NCBI GenBank assembly: GCA_015680685.1
Contig: MNCI01003059.1
Location: 464,859-528,858, forward strand
Source: Gnetum montanum
Lineage: Eukaryota > Plantae > Gnetophyta
DNA length: 64,000 bases
Direction of reading: 5' to 3'
Both the position numbers and the translations under genes were made by a program. The notes beneath the pieces are model-generated. The model was not told the DNA's origin. It saw nothing but the letters and a program-made list of their open reading frames with translations, and searched no databases. Positions 25,900 to 39,152 of this stretch are shown here, piece after piece. How positions within the stretch are numbered: position 1 is the stretch's first letter; every line of letters starts with the position of its first letter.

Positions 25900-26070
25900 T
25901 TCTTTCTTTTATTTATAATAATCCTTCTTATTGACTTTCATTAGTTAGGTACCATCATACTAGTAAGTTTTCTTTTATCAATGAGGCTCCATGCTTAACT
26001 GTCATTTAATTTTCTCTCTAATATTAGCTTTCTCTAACCACAATATTTCTTTGATACCATGTTAGAGTTT
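25900..26070 (-). mobile_element. Highly decayed LTR-element relic (LTR end plus tRNA-Met-like PBS), probably copia
   Basis: Minus strand reads ctaaca|tggtatcaaag (plus 26049-26065), followed by a weak gag N-terminus-like stretch. Confidence 0.35.
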
Positions 26071-26769
26071 GATTTTACATTATTTAGACAACTTTAATTA
26101 CCCAAGAATCTTGTGTTAGGGAATATAATTGATTGATTAAGCAAAGTTCATGTCTTTCTAAATAGTCACATAATATGTTAAATGAACATAACACATTTGA
26201 TGTATGTTATAGATTTATTCCAACTTTTCATTTATGATTGTTGGTATTACATAAGAGACCTTAGTCATCCTTAGTCAACTTAAGGTCACTCATACTTTGT
26301 ATTCCATCTTACTACTTTCATTTGTCACTTTTTACTATTGTAATGTAGCCTCTCAGATGATTTTCTCTTCCTATTGAGATAATTGGATCCTTACTCTTCT
26401 TGAGTCAACTTTGTCATCTTCACTTCTTTGGCAAAGAATGCTCATAATGTCATCTTTAACCTTTGGGTCTATAACAATCTTGAGGAGTTATGACCTTGTT
26501 TGATTATCTATGTTATCAAATTTCTTCTATCATACTTTTCTTCTTTTGTTCCATCTGGTATTTTATGCTTACATTCTTTATATTCTTATTACTACTCTAT
26601 GTGACATTTTTTTCCTTAGAATTTTATCTTATAGAAGGGTCACGACATTTCATAGCATACAAATTATGATTTTTTTAACAAATGATTACAAACCAATGAT
26701 TACATAAAATTAATTTATTGAAAGTGCAAACTATCAAAGATGTGAGGTAATTTCTTGGATAAATTTGAT

Positions 26770-27330
26770 TCTATCATAGATTCATTAAAAACTTCTCTAA
26801 AATTACTAAACCTCTATTGAAATTGATAAACAAGGATTCTTATTTTACTTAGACAAATAAATGTAAGCATGCATTCAAGTTGTTGAAGTAGAAGCTTGTA
26901 GACACTCCCATTTATATATCTCTAATTGGTACTTTGTCATTTCATATAATAATAGATGCATCCAATTATTCACCAAGAGTAGTTTTTAATGTAGTTAGCT
27001 AATTAGAAATGAACATGTTATATCCCCTATGTCAATCGTAATATCATAGGTGCATAGTTAAGCTACATCACTATATATAAGGAATTAATGATAGTGGTAC
27101 ATGATTTTAAAAAATTTAGGCATTATATGCTTAGATATCCTATCTTTGTACACACTAATCATAATCTTATTTGATTTCATATAAAAAATCACCCTTGAAT
27201 CATTTGGTGGTTAGTAATCTTGTATGAGTTTAACATTAAGATGATAGATAAGGGACTAGAGAACATTGTTGCTAATCATTTGTCTAATGAAGTCATAAGG
27301 TTGATGAAAGTATCTTTCTGATCTATTCCT
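26770..27330 (+). pseudogene. Gypsy RT-connection/RNase H fragment (Athila-like family)
   Basis: Colinear with 53240-53760: NFSKITKPLLKL...FHIIIDASNY...YITIYKELMIVV...KFRHYML...NIVANHLS. Confidence 0.75.
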
Positions 27331-28177
27331 AGATAAGATATCATTTCTAAAGGCTATTTTTGTTCCTTCATTAGCAACCACCTTATGGTTTAATAGAGAA
27401 GAAGCTCTACCAAATAAGAGTTGTACCACTTTAACATGTATTTTGATTAGTAAATAACACTATAGAATTATAAAGAATGTTGTATCAACCATGACTATAT
27501 TTGTATTGCAAATTTTAATCTCTTGAGGAAAGATAAAATCAAGAAATAAATGTTGTGTGTAAAGAAAATCATTAACAACATTCATTTGAAGTATATTAGT
27601 AAGACCTTGAACATTGCATGAGAGGATTAACATTGGGTGAAGGGGAATGAGGCCCTTATCTTATTAATAAAATGAGCATTCTCAAAAAATAATTATTTCT
27701 ATATCATAATAAAGAGCCTCAAAAAAGTTACCAATGAATAAAATATTTTTAAAATGTTGACCATTAAGAAAATTTGGCATGTATTCACTATGAGATGGAT
27801 TTTCTCAACATTGTTTTATTTTGTTTTGTAAAATCATTGGAAAATGATATGAATTAATAATAGATTTTTGTAAGGTCTTAGAAACATACATAGTATCTAT
27901 TTCCATTTAGTCATTAATGAGTTATCTTAAAACTAAACTAACTAGAAACTTATTTGAAGGCATATTTTGTTAAGAAGCTTAAATAAAAGGAATGGTTAGT
28001 TACTAAAACTTTAGCAAAAGCAAACTTAGCAAGATCTACAACACCTTGTTATTGATGTGTTTGCATTACCTTCTTTCGAAGCATTAAAGTATATGAGTTA
28101 AACATATGACTCTATTAATAGAAATAGTGATGTAACTTTGGAAGTATATAATATAAAAAATGTTGTAAATAATTAAT

Positions 28178-28251
28178 GAGGTGTTAGCCTAGTGGTAAGG
28201 GTGTTGACTTTGTAACCCCATGTCATAGGTTTGATTTTACTAGGTAGCACT
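28178..28251 (+). pseudogene. Degenerate tRNA or tRNA-derived SINE head
   Basis: A-box TAGCCTAGTGGTAAGG (28185-28200) and B-box-like GGTTTGATTTT (~28228) at tRNA spacing. Stems are broken. Confidence 0.5.
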
Positions 28252-29175
28252 AAGTTATAAATTAAGTAAAAATTCTATAAAAGAAATTCTAAAATTGGTC
28301 CCATGGATCTAAGGGATCTTAGTGGACATAAATAAATATTTTAGTTTTAGTTTCATAATAAATTATATGAACATGTAGAAGAATTTTTTACTTAAGTAAG
28401 TCAAGATCTACCTAAGTCTTATAAAAATCACTAATTGCAACTAGAATTTCAAAATGCTTAATTGGTCCAATAAAAATGAATGTTGGATTTAGAAATTTAA
28501 TAAAACAAGAAATCCTTTAATATTCAAGGAATACTAGATTAAATATAGAAGTTCATTTTGGAATAATTAATAAAGCATGATGATGATTAAAAAAATTTAA
28601 TATATAGGACCTTAAAAATCATTATCAAATCAAAAAGTTCTACCAATAGAAATGAATTTGAAAATAACATGCATGAAGTGCTTCCAAATCTTGAAATTTT
28701 TAGATGAAATTTAAATGATTAAAAAATCTTAAAGATTAAGGAAAATAACCTAGAATTTGCACAAACACATACATTCCAAAAATCTCAATAGATCCATATA
28801 AATCATCCAGTAATTGGAGCAAGTTCACCCTAGTATTAAACTCACCTTCCAACACTAAATCCAAATATTATGAAAGAAAATTTATTTGCTAGAAAATAAG
28901 AAAACTAACTATCTTCAATTATTTAAAAGAGAAGATTACAATAAGGTATCATAATCCACAAAACATCGAAGCCTCTCAAATCACTCAAATGATGTTGCAG
29001 AGCATGAGGCTCTACAACTACAAAATGGTTGTTCTCAATGTAAAACACAATCGATGTAAAATCTCTTCCATAACCTAGAACTAAGATCTCAACTTATAAG
29101 TAAGGCAAGAACACATAGGCTAACACACAACACAATTAACCTTGGAGCTGTAACCTATAGGTACTTATTTAATAT

Positions 29176-29177
<2 letters not shown>

Positions 29178-29209
<32 letters not shown>
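29178..29209 (+). repeat. (CT)n microsatellite
   Basis: Direct reading. Confidence 0.95.
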
Positions 29210-29213
<4 letters not shown>

Positions 29214-29477
29214 AAGTTCAACAAAAGATCTTACATGACATCTGCTTCTTGTATCTCCATGGTACAAGCATGAAACAATCCATAGTTACTAGAAAATGAA
29301 TACAAAAACCTAAGGAAACCTTCTACAAGCTTAACTTGAAGTTTCCACACTATTTCTATCTTTTGCCACCTTCTCTAAGCTATTCCAACTTGAAATAGTT
29401 AATTCTAGAACTTTCTTAGCCATATGGATCATCCCTGGCCTTCTTGAGTTGTCTCTTGTGAAAAATCCAACATTCAA

Positions 29478-29746
29478 GAGAGATGTCTCGTGAGAGTGGG
29501 AGACATATCCTTCATGGGGAAGATGTCTCCTCTACATTTAAGATACCTTTTCATGATATTTCTTCTCTATTTGGGAGATGATCCCTCTAAAGGATTCTTC
29601 ACTCCTGCGAAGATGTCTCCTCTTAGTGAGAGACGTCTCTTGCAAAGACTTAGCTCTTGGTAGAGACATCTTCTGCATGTTTGAAATGTCACCTATGTAG
29701 TCCCATCTCTTGAACAAGATGTCTCATTGACCTTCAAGATGTCTTC
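29478..29746. repeat. Cluster of decayed GAGACGTCTC palindromic motifs
   Basis: Intact gagacgtctc at ~29630, plus multiple aagatgtctc / gagacatc variants. Confidence 0.75.
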
Positions 29747-31325
29747 ATAGAGCTCAAAACTTGTAAAACACACATGTATGGAAGAAGAAGGTGATCAGAA
29801 GAGGTGTAACAACATGTATTTTTGAACATCCTTGCTACATATGGTTTTTGTGAAGAATGTTATGCTTGCACTTGTATGTTTATATGTATGGCTAGCTTGG
29901 CATATTTTATGCATTATGTTGATGATGTTAATGATGATTCTTGGGGTTTTTTTAGATTCTTGGTTAACGTTATGTAATTCTTAATATTTAAGCATACACA
30001 TATTTTCTTTTATTATCATCTAGTAGGTGTGCACTAATCCTATTCTTGAGTGTGGTAGGACCTCATGAGATTTGGTTGGGAGCATGGCATGGCCTATAAT
30101 TAATGATTTATTTAATTAATACTATCAATTTTTTCTAAGAGTGCATGGCATAAGAAAATAGATATGTGATTGATGGTTTATATATATCTACATGTGTGCT
30201 TTAGATACTTAATTTTATTTGGCTTTATCTTATTTTCTTTATTGAGAGGTTTTGAACTATATTTTAACATTGTATGATTTTATAGTATTTTTCTCTTTTA
30301 ATGGTTTTAGTATATGAAAGATTTACTTGAGTGGAAGAGAAAGTTACTTTTAAGATAGAAAATATTTTTGGTAGTTTTCTTTTGGCTTTGTGGAAGTTTG
30401 GGAAATTAGTTTTTTCTTTTGTTCCATAGTTTCTAGTCAGTCTCCATTAAAACTTCCATGGTTCAATTCTTCCACACACTTTGATTGTCTGGGAGAGGTG
30501 TTGTGAGATTAGAGCTGGGAAGTGCTGCGAAATTTCAGATTGGTTGTGTGGATTACTTGAACCTTTTTGGCTTGATTTTCTCCTTTTGCAATTTTTCAAT
30601 ATTTAGATTAAGAGATGAGTTATCTTGGCTTCTTTCGCATTTATGGTTACAGATTCTATGCACATTTGTGGAATGGATATTTTTTATTTTCACTTCATGG
30701 GAATGATGCAATTTGTGGGGTAAACAATTTTTTTTTATGTGAATGGAATGTGATTTGATGAAATTTTTGTGTACAAATATCCTATTGTTTTTCTACTAAT
30801 TTTGGGTATGGGAACTGTAAGAGAATTAACAACAATGTTTATGGGATTGAGTTTTGTCATTCACGCACTCAATTGATTGTGATTGATTCATGAATCTGTG
30901 GTGTATTTTTATAAAGCTATGTTTTTGAATTTTTGAGAGATATGGTTAATTTTCATGATGGTTAAATTGGAGTTTCGAGAATTTTGGCTATTCCACTGAG
31001 TTAGCTTACTAGATCCATTTTCCCTTGCTTTAATCTTGACATGTTTTTGCAATAGTTGTTGTTTGCATATTGGTTTGTCTTGAATTCCTATTTCCCTTGG
31101 TATTTTTATGATCTTGGCATATTGTATTAATCTTCCTTACATTAATATTTTCCTAGTCTTATGATTATATCAGATTTAGTTCTCTCTTTCTATATTAGTT
31201 TTTGGGTTATCCTCCTTCCTTGTCGATTCACATTCTGAACTCATTGAGCCTTTCCCTATTGTTCCTTACTTGCGTTCACCAGTTTGGATTATTTTCCAAT
31301 TATTTCCTGGTCTTTCCTAGCTAAA

Positions 31326-31592
31326 CAAGATGTCCTAGATCTTTTTGAGACATCTCTCTTGAAACCCAGTATCCTTATCAAGATGTCTTACCCATGCACA
31401 AGATGTCTCACCCAAGATGTCTTTCCCTATTTTAAGATGTCTCTACCAAGATGTCTCCTCCAAGTTTGACATGTCTCTTCATAGAACAAGACGACTCCTT
31501 CAGCTTAGAGACATCTTCCCTAAGATGTCTTAACACAAACTAAGATATCTCCTAAGCTTCCAAGATGTCTTATGATTTCCAAGAGATCTTTC
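31326..31592. repeat. Second cluster of decayed GAGACGTCTC motifs
   Basis: More than 10 caagatgtct / gagacatct variants in ~270 bp. Confidence 0.8.
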
Positions 31593-33108
31593 TTGCAAGT
31601 CCAATTTTTCCTTGAACTTAGATTTTGTGAAGTTTGATTCTTTGATTTAGCCCTTAATTTGGATTTCTTGGTTTCCATGCTTCCATATCTCTATTAATTC
31701 TTTTGTTCATGTCATATATACATTTACATTATTGAGTCCTTCATTACTAAATTCTACTAGCTTGGTATATTTGGCTAGATTGAATTTTGAACAATTATGA
31801 TATATTTCTTAGTTTGTTGTAATATTCATTTCACCACTTAGAAACATTAAATCTTGTTGTAACCTTTCCCCATGTTAAGCCTTTCATTGACTCATTTGTT
31901 GAGATCTCAAAATTGTTGCATCATCTTGAACCAAATTGAACCCTTTTTGGTAAGAGCATTGATCCTTATGTGGATGTTGGCTATTGGTGGTTTTTGGCCT
32001 ATCCATGTAATTATATAATTAATATTTTGGCATATTGACCCTTGATGAGCAGTGGAGCAATCCAACACCCAACCATACAAGTCATAGGTGTTCACACGTG
32101 ACTAGATCATAATCTGTGGATGAGGTAATGTAATTATGCTAGCAATTGGTTTAAGTTTGAGATTGTTGTCTTTCCATGTGGAGTTAGTGAAGTCTATGTA
32201 TATGGTTTAGCTCATTGTGAGGTATATTATATCTGATGCTGGTAGGCCATTGTTACTTCTAGCAAACATAATGAGAATGAAAGTAGTTTTTAACTCTAAG
32301 TAAACCAAGTAAATGAATCTAGTCTAGCCTATGGTGATGAGCATATGTTACTAATCTTCTGTACACACATTGGGCTTTGTGTAACTACTACTAGGATATC
32401 AAGTGTACCACTATTGTGCATACCAAGCAATAGCAGTACTAGGTTACCAAGAAATTACACTTAAGTGCTCGAGATTAGTCATACTCATTTTGCTTAATAG
32501 CAACAGTAATAGAAAGTGCATTTTATAGTAAAACATTGACTAAGAAAAATAGTAAACATTATACTAAGTAAAATAGAAAACTAAGAGAATGCTGCAATAG
32601 TATGAAATAGCTTAATCTTTATTGCCATTCACACTTGTGCCTAAGTACAAGATGTTCAAATAAAGACTTTGTTCACTAAGTCATACTATACTACAAGCAT
32701 TCATACTTCTAAGTACTAGATTATGAAAATAAATTGAAAGAGTTATGTTACTATGGAACAAAAACTTGTGTAGACTTGTGCACCTAAGTGTTGTATTTAT
32801 AGGTTGCATACATTCCACAATATCATATCTACGATGTCGAAGCTTGTCCTATTATATTGGATATATGACATCATAGATATGATATCGTAGCTAAAGAAAA
32901 ATTAACTTTATCATACCCTCATGACTAACTAGAAACTTGTCCTCAAGTTAAAACAAAATGAGGATAGAGTCGTTACAAAATTGGAAGGTAGACTTACATG
33001 ACACTATTTATATGACACTAATGCTGTAGTGGTGTTTACAAAATTAACACAAGTTATGACAAGACAAATTGGATTAAAACAAAAAAAGTTGATGAAGCTC
33101 GATGTAGC

Positions 33109-35871
33109 CTAAGTGGTGCTAGGTGGTGGTGGCTCCTCCATTGGTTGCTTTCCCTTGTTATTATGCTTTTGAAATTTGTATCTATTGAGCAACACTTGAA
33201 TTTTCTCTTCCTTCATTCTAGGATTATGTACCATCCATACTGATTATGCAATGTGTGATGGAGCTGGTACATTCCATGGACATGGTAGCTACAGAAAAAT
33301 CTTATTGGCCTTAATGTACCATGATGTAAACTACCTCCTCTTTTCTTCAAATGTCTTAGCCATCTTGTGTAACTTCTGATAATCAGACATTCTTCTGGCC
33401 AAGTTTGCTACAACATCTTTTTGCCCTTGGTAGATAGCCTTTACTACTTCTAGCTTAGAATTTTCCACCTAAAGCTTCTACAAAGCATCCTTACGATGAG
33501 CAAATTCGTTCTTATATAATGTGTATATGGTCACTACTTGATGTTCTAGCTTATTTTGGGCTTGCCCACTATTAACATGGCCAAGTTAGCATATTGCAAG
33601 TTTTCTAATCCCATGTATTCTATTAAATCTTCTATTTGTAGGTCTTTGTTTTTAATCTCTTCTTGGTGGACATGAGCATAGATATCCAAGATGCATTTCC
33701 AATTTGGATTTTGTACTTAAATGAATTTGACATGGGCCTTCACAATCTAGATTTCCTTCTCATTGACTTATTTGTACATGCCTACTTGATTGCGGAAATG
33801 TTCTTTAAGCCTTTCATGCCTCTTTGCTTCATTCTACCACATGCTTATTTCAATGGCTAATTTTTGTTAGATGGCTTATATTTCCTCCATTGAGAGGATT
33901 CTATTTTATTGTGCAAGGTGGCTCATATCCTAGTTGACCCACATTAGTTGTTCTCTTAACTGATGGATGCTCTCTTCAAGGATGTTTTTTACTTCTCCAC
34001 ATTGATCAATCTAGCATTGTTTATGGTAAGTTGTTTATTCTCTTCTTGTACTATGGTGAGTGTCTTAGCATGTTCATATGTCTATGCTTCAATGACTAAG
34101 GCATTCCACACCATTTTCTCTTTCACATTCTCCATCTACTTATTGTGCTCCATGAGGTATCTGATTTTCTCTATTCTAAACTACTCTAGTTGGTCAAGCA
34201 TAACATAATGTGTTGGATTTCTTTTTTTTACCCTTAGGATCATGCGCTCTTCCTATAATTTGTGAACTTCATTTTCTACATGCTCTACCCTAGTCTCTGC
34301 CATGACTAGCTTACCCTTGGTTATGATGAATTTTGATTACATTGTAATGACATCGCTTGGGATGTCAAAAAGATTTGTCATGACTTACCTTATCTGCAGT
34401 AGTTAGTCTAGCACATCTTCATGATTGGTAGGAGTCATTGAGGTACCAGCTAGCATTTGAACATCTCTGGCTTTAGAAAGATCAGTTGGTGGCACAATAG
34501 GTACATTGAAGGATTTATTTATGTGAGCTATGATAACTTTTGTGGCTCCTACTACATCCTGGTGTTGCATAACCACAACCATGGCTCCTTCTCCTGTTTC
34601 TAGCATCACTTAGAATGATGCAACATTTCCAGAAATCTGTTTTAACCATTACTTCTCTCCTCCTGACTACAATGAGATTTGTCCACTAGCAAGGTCTATG
34701 GAAGTTGTTGGTTGAATGACATTGTCAATGACTTTATATCCATTAGCCTACTCATGGGTTCCCCAATTGATGATCTCTACAATTTTTTGTAAATGACTCA
34801 TTAATGGCTTGTAATCTTGTGGTAGTGGTGGTGGAACTTGCTACTACCGCTGCTCTTGCTACTATCCATTGGGTCTTGCTTGTTGTTGTTGCATAGTAGT
34901 TTGGGTGGTTTCCCTAGTGTTTGTTTATTTCTCCACTTGGTCCTTCTTTGGTGGTGCTGGCTTGAGCATTTTAGCATAGGAAGCATTTTGAGCCTTCCTA
35001 GGGATGTCATTGGTGTACCCTAGGATTCGAACATGTTTGCACAACTTCCTAATGAGGCAAGGGAATGGAAGTGCTAGGTTCCTTGCCTTCTTTTCCTCAA
35101 ACCATTGTTGGGTTTTAAGAAAATAGAGGTGTGTGATGTTTGCCTTAAATTTTTCCATTAAGATTACACTTCCTTTGGCTACATATGTTGATATTCTGTT
35201 CAATATTTTTGTGGAAAACAAGTAATATGTGCCAATTTTGAAGTAGATCCTTTCTTTAGGAGTTAACTCATTATATTCCTTGTCATGTTTGCCATATGAT
35301 TTTTGCAATTAAATTTTTCTTATTTCTTTATCTAATTTGGTGGAGAGATGTGTTACTTTTGTCCCTTCATTGGGCACATTAAGGGGTTCAGCTATCACCT
35401 TGACAGAATAGAAGATTGAGACTCCCTCAATGTTTACTATTACATCTTTTCCTTCGTTGTGCTAAAATTGATGTCTTTTCCAAATGACATTTCTCATTGT
35501 TTGTAAATGTGGGCCATAACAGTGATGCTTGGAGTTGTGTCTTCATCACTTTTAGAGTAAATTCTAGGAATGGATCAAAGTTGAACTCTACAATCACTAT
35601 GGTTAGGATCGATTTCTCCTGGATGGCTTGGAGGCAATTTGGTGATAGCATGAGGTGTTGTCCTTGTGTTGTTGCTTGTGGATTTGTTGCCTATGCCTAG
35701 GCTGAGTGTTCCATAATAGGAGTTTCTTGATGGAGCTTAAAGGATTGGTCCTCCTATTCCACATGTTTTTCTTGTGGGGTCTATTCCCTTATTCAACCTC
35801 ATCCATTGTCTCTTGGCCTCTTGCTTGCTGGTTGTGAAAGGTCCTTCTATTGATCCTCTTTTTAGGGCCAT
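33109..35871 (-). pseudogene. Accessory (env-like position) ORF of element D, putative plant transposon protein-like plus coiled coil
   Basis: ATG at 35871 directly after an acceptor AG. Fragments FNFDPFLEFTLKVMKTQLQASLLWPTF and NLALPFPCLIRKLCKHVRI. Ends KGKQPMEEPPPPSTT* (stop 33109-33111). Homologous to 57219-58870. Confidence 0.7.
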
Positions 35872-36475
35872 CTATAATCACCAAGGATTTGGAAATTATT
35901 AAAATATTTAATCTAATTCTTGATAACCCTTTCCTTACTTGTACCCTTTACAAGATTGAGTTCTTAGCCTATTATGATTATAGAGTAAGAAAAGTTTTTC
36001 AAAAAGAAACCCCTTAGGCATTATTTTCCTTGTAATCCTTCATAGTTATCTAATTTTTTTCTTTCATTTATGACTTATGATAGCTAGTATGGTTCATAAA
36101 GAGGATTATTTAAGTGCTTTAGGCTTTAGTGTGATTGATTTTTGTTAAAAATTTTCATTTTCCCTTCGTACTTACCCTTATAATATCTTCCAGGCATTAG
36201 AAAATTTTGACTCAAGGTTTAGCGATATCACACTGAGCACTCCCCCCATGACTAAATTGAGAACTCTAGGATTAACAAGGTTGAAGAATTGTGAAAATCA
36301 AAGTTGCGAGTGTGGAGTTATGAGTGTGTGAAGTGCGGAAGTTAGAGTTTTCAATTTAGAAGAAAAATGACAAAAAATCCCCTTACTTCAAAAGTTGAAA
36401 GTGAAAATTTTACCAAGTCCCCCATGCTATTTATACTTTTTGCATACTATGATATTAGAGGGTCTTCGATATTGG
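35872..36475 (-). promoter_or_regulatory. Internal promoter and 5' UTR intron for the element D accessory ORF
   Basis: TATAAATA on minus at 36428-36435, with decayed CGATATCG motifs upstream (36449-36474). Donor AGG|GTAAGT at 36175; acceptor TTATAG|ATG at 35872. Confidence 0.6.
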
Positions 36476-38009
36476 AGATGAAAATTTTGGACTTTTCATT
36501 GATTTTTTTTTGAAAAAGAATGAGTCAATTAGAATACTTGGAAGATACAAAACATGTTTAGAGGGTCCTAGGCTAGGAATGATGCATATTTTTCAAATAT
36601 TTGGCATAGAAAGTGCAAAAAGAAGGAATCTTAGGCTATGAAAGTATATTAAGTGCTTATGAGATGGATGAGATGGGTAATGAATGCTTGTTGTATGAAT
36701 GGATGATGGAATTGGTAAGGGAAATTTTGTTGGCATTTATTATTGTTGGAAGGCTCAAGATGTGAAACTTCTTGCTAGGTATAAGATAGCATAGTTATAC
36801 AAGTGGATACTCTCCAAAGTAGGCTCCAGCCCTTAGTGTCCTTGTATAACCATGCCTAAAGTGTTCTAAGGCACTAAAGAAGTCGAATATAAGACATACC
36901 TATCTAGAAAAAACACTCATGTTAGTATCGCCAAATTGGGAATATGTCACTATGCTACAAAAAACCTCAAGTTATAATTATTCACATAGTGAGATGAGAC
37001 AGTCTTAGAAGTGATTGTAGAAATCGGGATGTGAGGTGTCTTACCATAGGCATAATGAATTTTTTGCTTTATTAGTGAGCAAAGTAATCATTATCCTTTC
37101 TATCCAAGATTCAAATCAAGTCCAAACCACATTTCTAGTGACATTGCATTATTTCATTACTTAGAGTTACAACCATAAGACTACCACTATTGCAAGGAGT
37201 ATTACCACTTGGCATATTATCTAAGGGAGGAGTTTATTGATTGCACTATTTTATTATTATTATTTGATTCCTGAGAAGCCACCTACCTTTAGGCATGGGT
37301 AACATGTCTTTCTAGTGGGATGCCCAGGAATTTATTTTGTGCATGAGTTTTACTTTTATTTGTGTCAAGCTTACCAAAGTACTACCTTCAACCATGGGTA
37401 ACATGTGTTTCTAGTGACATGGTAAGGTAGCACTTATTGTGATCATACTCCCATTTTTCATTAGATCTACAAGGATATAATACAACCTAAGTAATAGGAT
37501 AGAACTCATAGCAGTAATCCAAGAGAATCCACAAATCCCCTTAATGTCTCACCCTTGACATTTCCACTTGGTTCTTCAATTTTCGGTCCNTCACCCTTGA
37601 CATTTCCACTTGGTTCTTCAATTTTCGGTCCAAGCATAATGATCACTAGTTTATTCTTAGTTTTATGATGGAAAGAATATTATTATGGACATGATAAGAA
37701 TCTCTTATTAATGGAATGGGTGGATGAATGTTGTGGTCTCATTGTACAAATAATTAATCCCTTATGACTTGATAGCATAAAGAAATATTTACCATATTGA
37801 ACTACATATTCCCTTATTCTTGGTGTGTTTTATTAGTAATCAAAAATATTTTAAAAAGGATGAAAATGATAGTAAAAAATGGAAAAAGTGTAAAAAATTA
37901 GAAACATTAAAAGAATGAAAAAATATGAAAGAATTAAGAAATTATTAAGAAATGGAAAAGTATAAAAGAACAAAAGAGTAAAAGGAAAGTAAAAAGTTCA
38001 GTAGAGTAC

Positions 38010-39152
38010 CTATGGTTCCAGATGGACACCCCCACAACCACTATTAGGATTGGTTACATGAAAGAGAGAATGAGTGGAAGATACTTGGATAGAATGGGTA
38101 GATTCCTTGGGGTGTTCATAGTAGAGTTTGACTTGTTGGATGTTAGCAAGAATAAGTTGATGTGGATAGGATGGGTGGTAGATATGTAAGGCACCATATG
38201 GATAACTGGCTTGAAAAATGTATAGTCCCTCCCAAAGTGTCAAAAAATTTTCCTTTTTAGGGTAGATGATTTGGATTATAGTAAAGAACCTTATCATCTG
38301 TTTGTAGGGTTACTTGTCTTATCCTTGTATCATGCCTAAATTTGGAGTAATGTTTGTTGACTTCATTACTCATGAGTGCTACGAGCTTATTTTCATCTAA
38401 AAGGTTTAGATTCATAAGACATCCTTTTTGGGTTAAGCTTAGATCAAGGTCAAGTTGATTAGTAGTAGCTAAAGTGTAGAGCTTTGCTTGGTTCAGGAGC
38501 ATTAGTAGCTTACCATAAACTAACTCATGTGGTGAGTATCCTATAGGTAGTTTCTAGGATGTCCTATAGGCCCATAGAGCATCATTCAATTTAGTGCTCT
38601 AGTCCTTTCTAAATCTACTAATCATCCTAGTAAGTATCCTAGTAATTTCTCAGTTAGTTACTTTGGCTTCACCATTTTCTTGGGGATGATATGGTGTGGT
38701 TAGTTTATGGTTCATCCCTAGTTGTCGCATGAGCTTTTTAAACGTACCACTAATGAAGTGAGTCCTGTTATTTGATATGAGCATTCTCAGTACTTCAAGT
38801 TTATTCACCACATGTTGTTGGAAAAATTTGACAATTGTCTTTGCTATACATTCTTTTACTACTACTTCCTCTACCCACATAGTATAGTAATCCATAGCCA
38901 TAATTATATATGCTTTCCATTTGACATCAGCATTATGAGTCCCATAAAATCAATCCCCCATATGTCAAAGGATTTGAGTCTTTGTATCCATTATTGTGGG
39001 CCTTTGTATTTGGCTGTAATTCTCCATCTTTTTGGTATTGCTTAAAAGATTGTTGAAAAGTATGGGCATCTTCGAACAAGATAGGTAAAAAGTAGCCTTC
39101 CACCATCAATTTGAGTGTCATTCTATGCCCTACATAGTGGCCACTACATGGA
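38010..39152 (-). pseudogene. Integrase core/C-terminus of element D (N-terminal part at 47340-47600)
   Basis: DYYTMWVE...LISNNRTHF...HKLTTPYHPQENGEAKVTN; GPY/F-like WEGLYIF. Confidence 0.85.
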
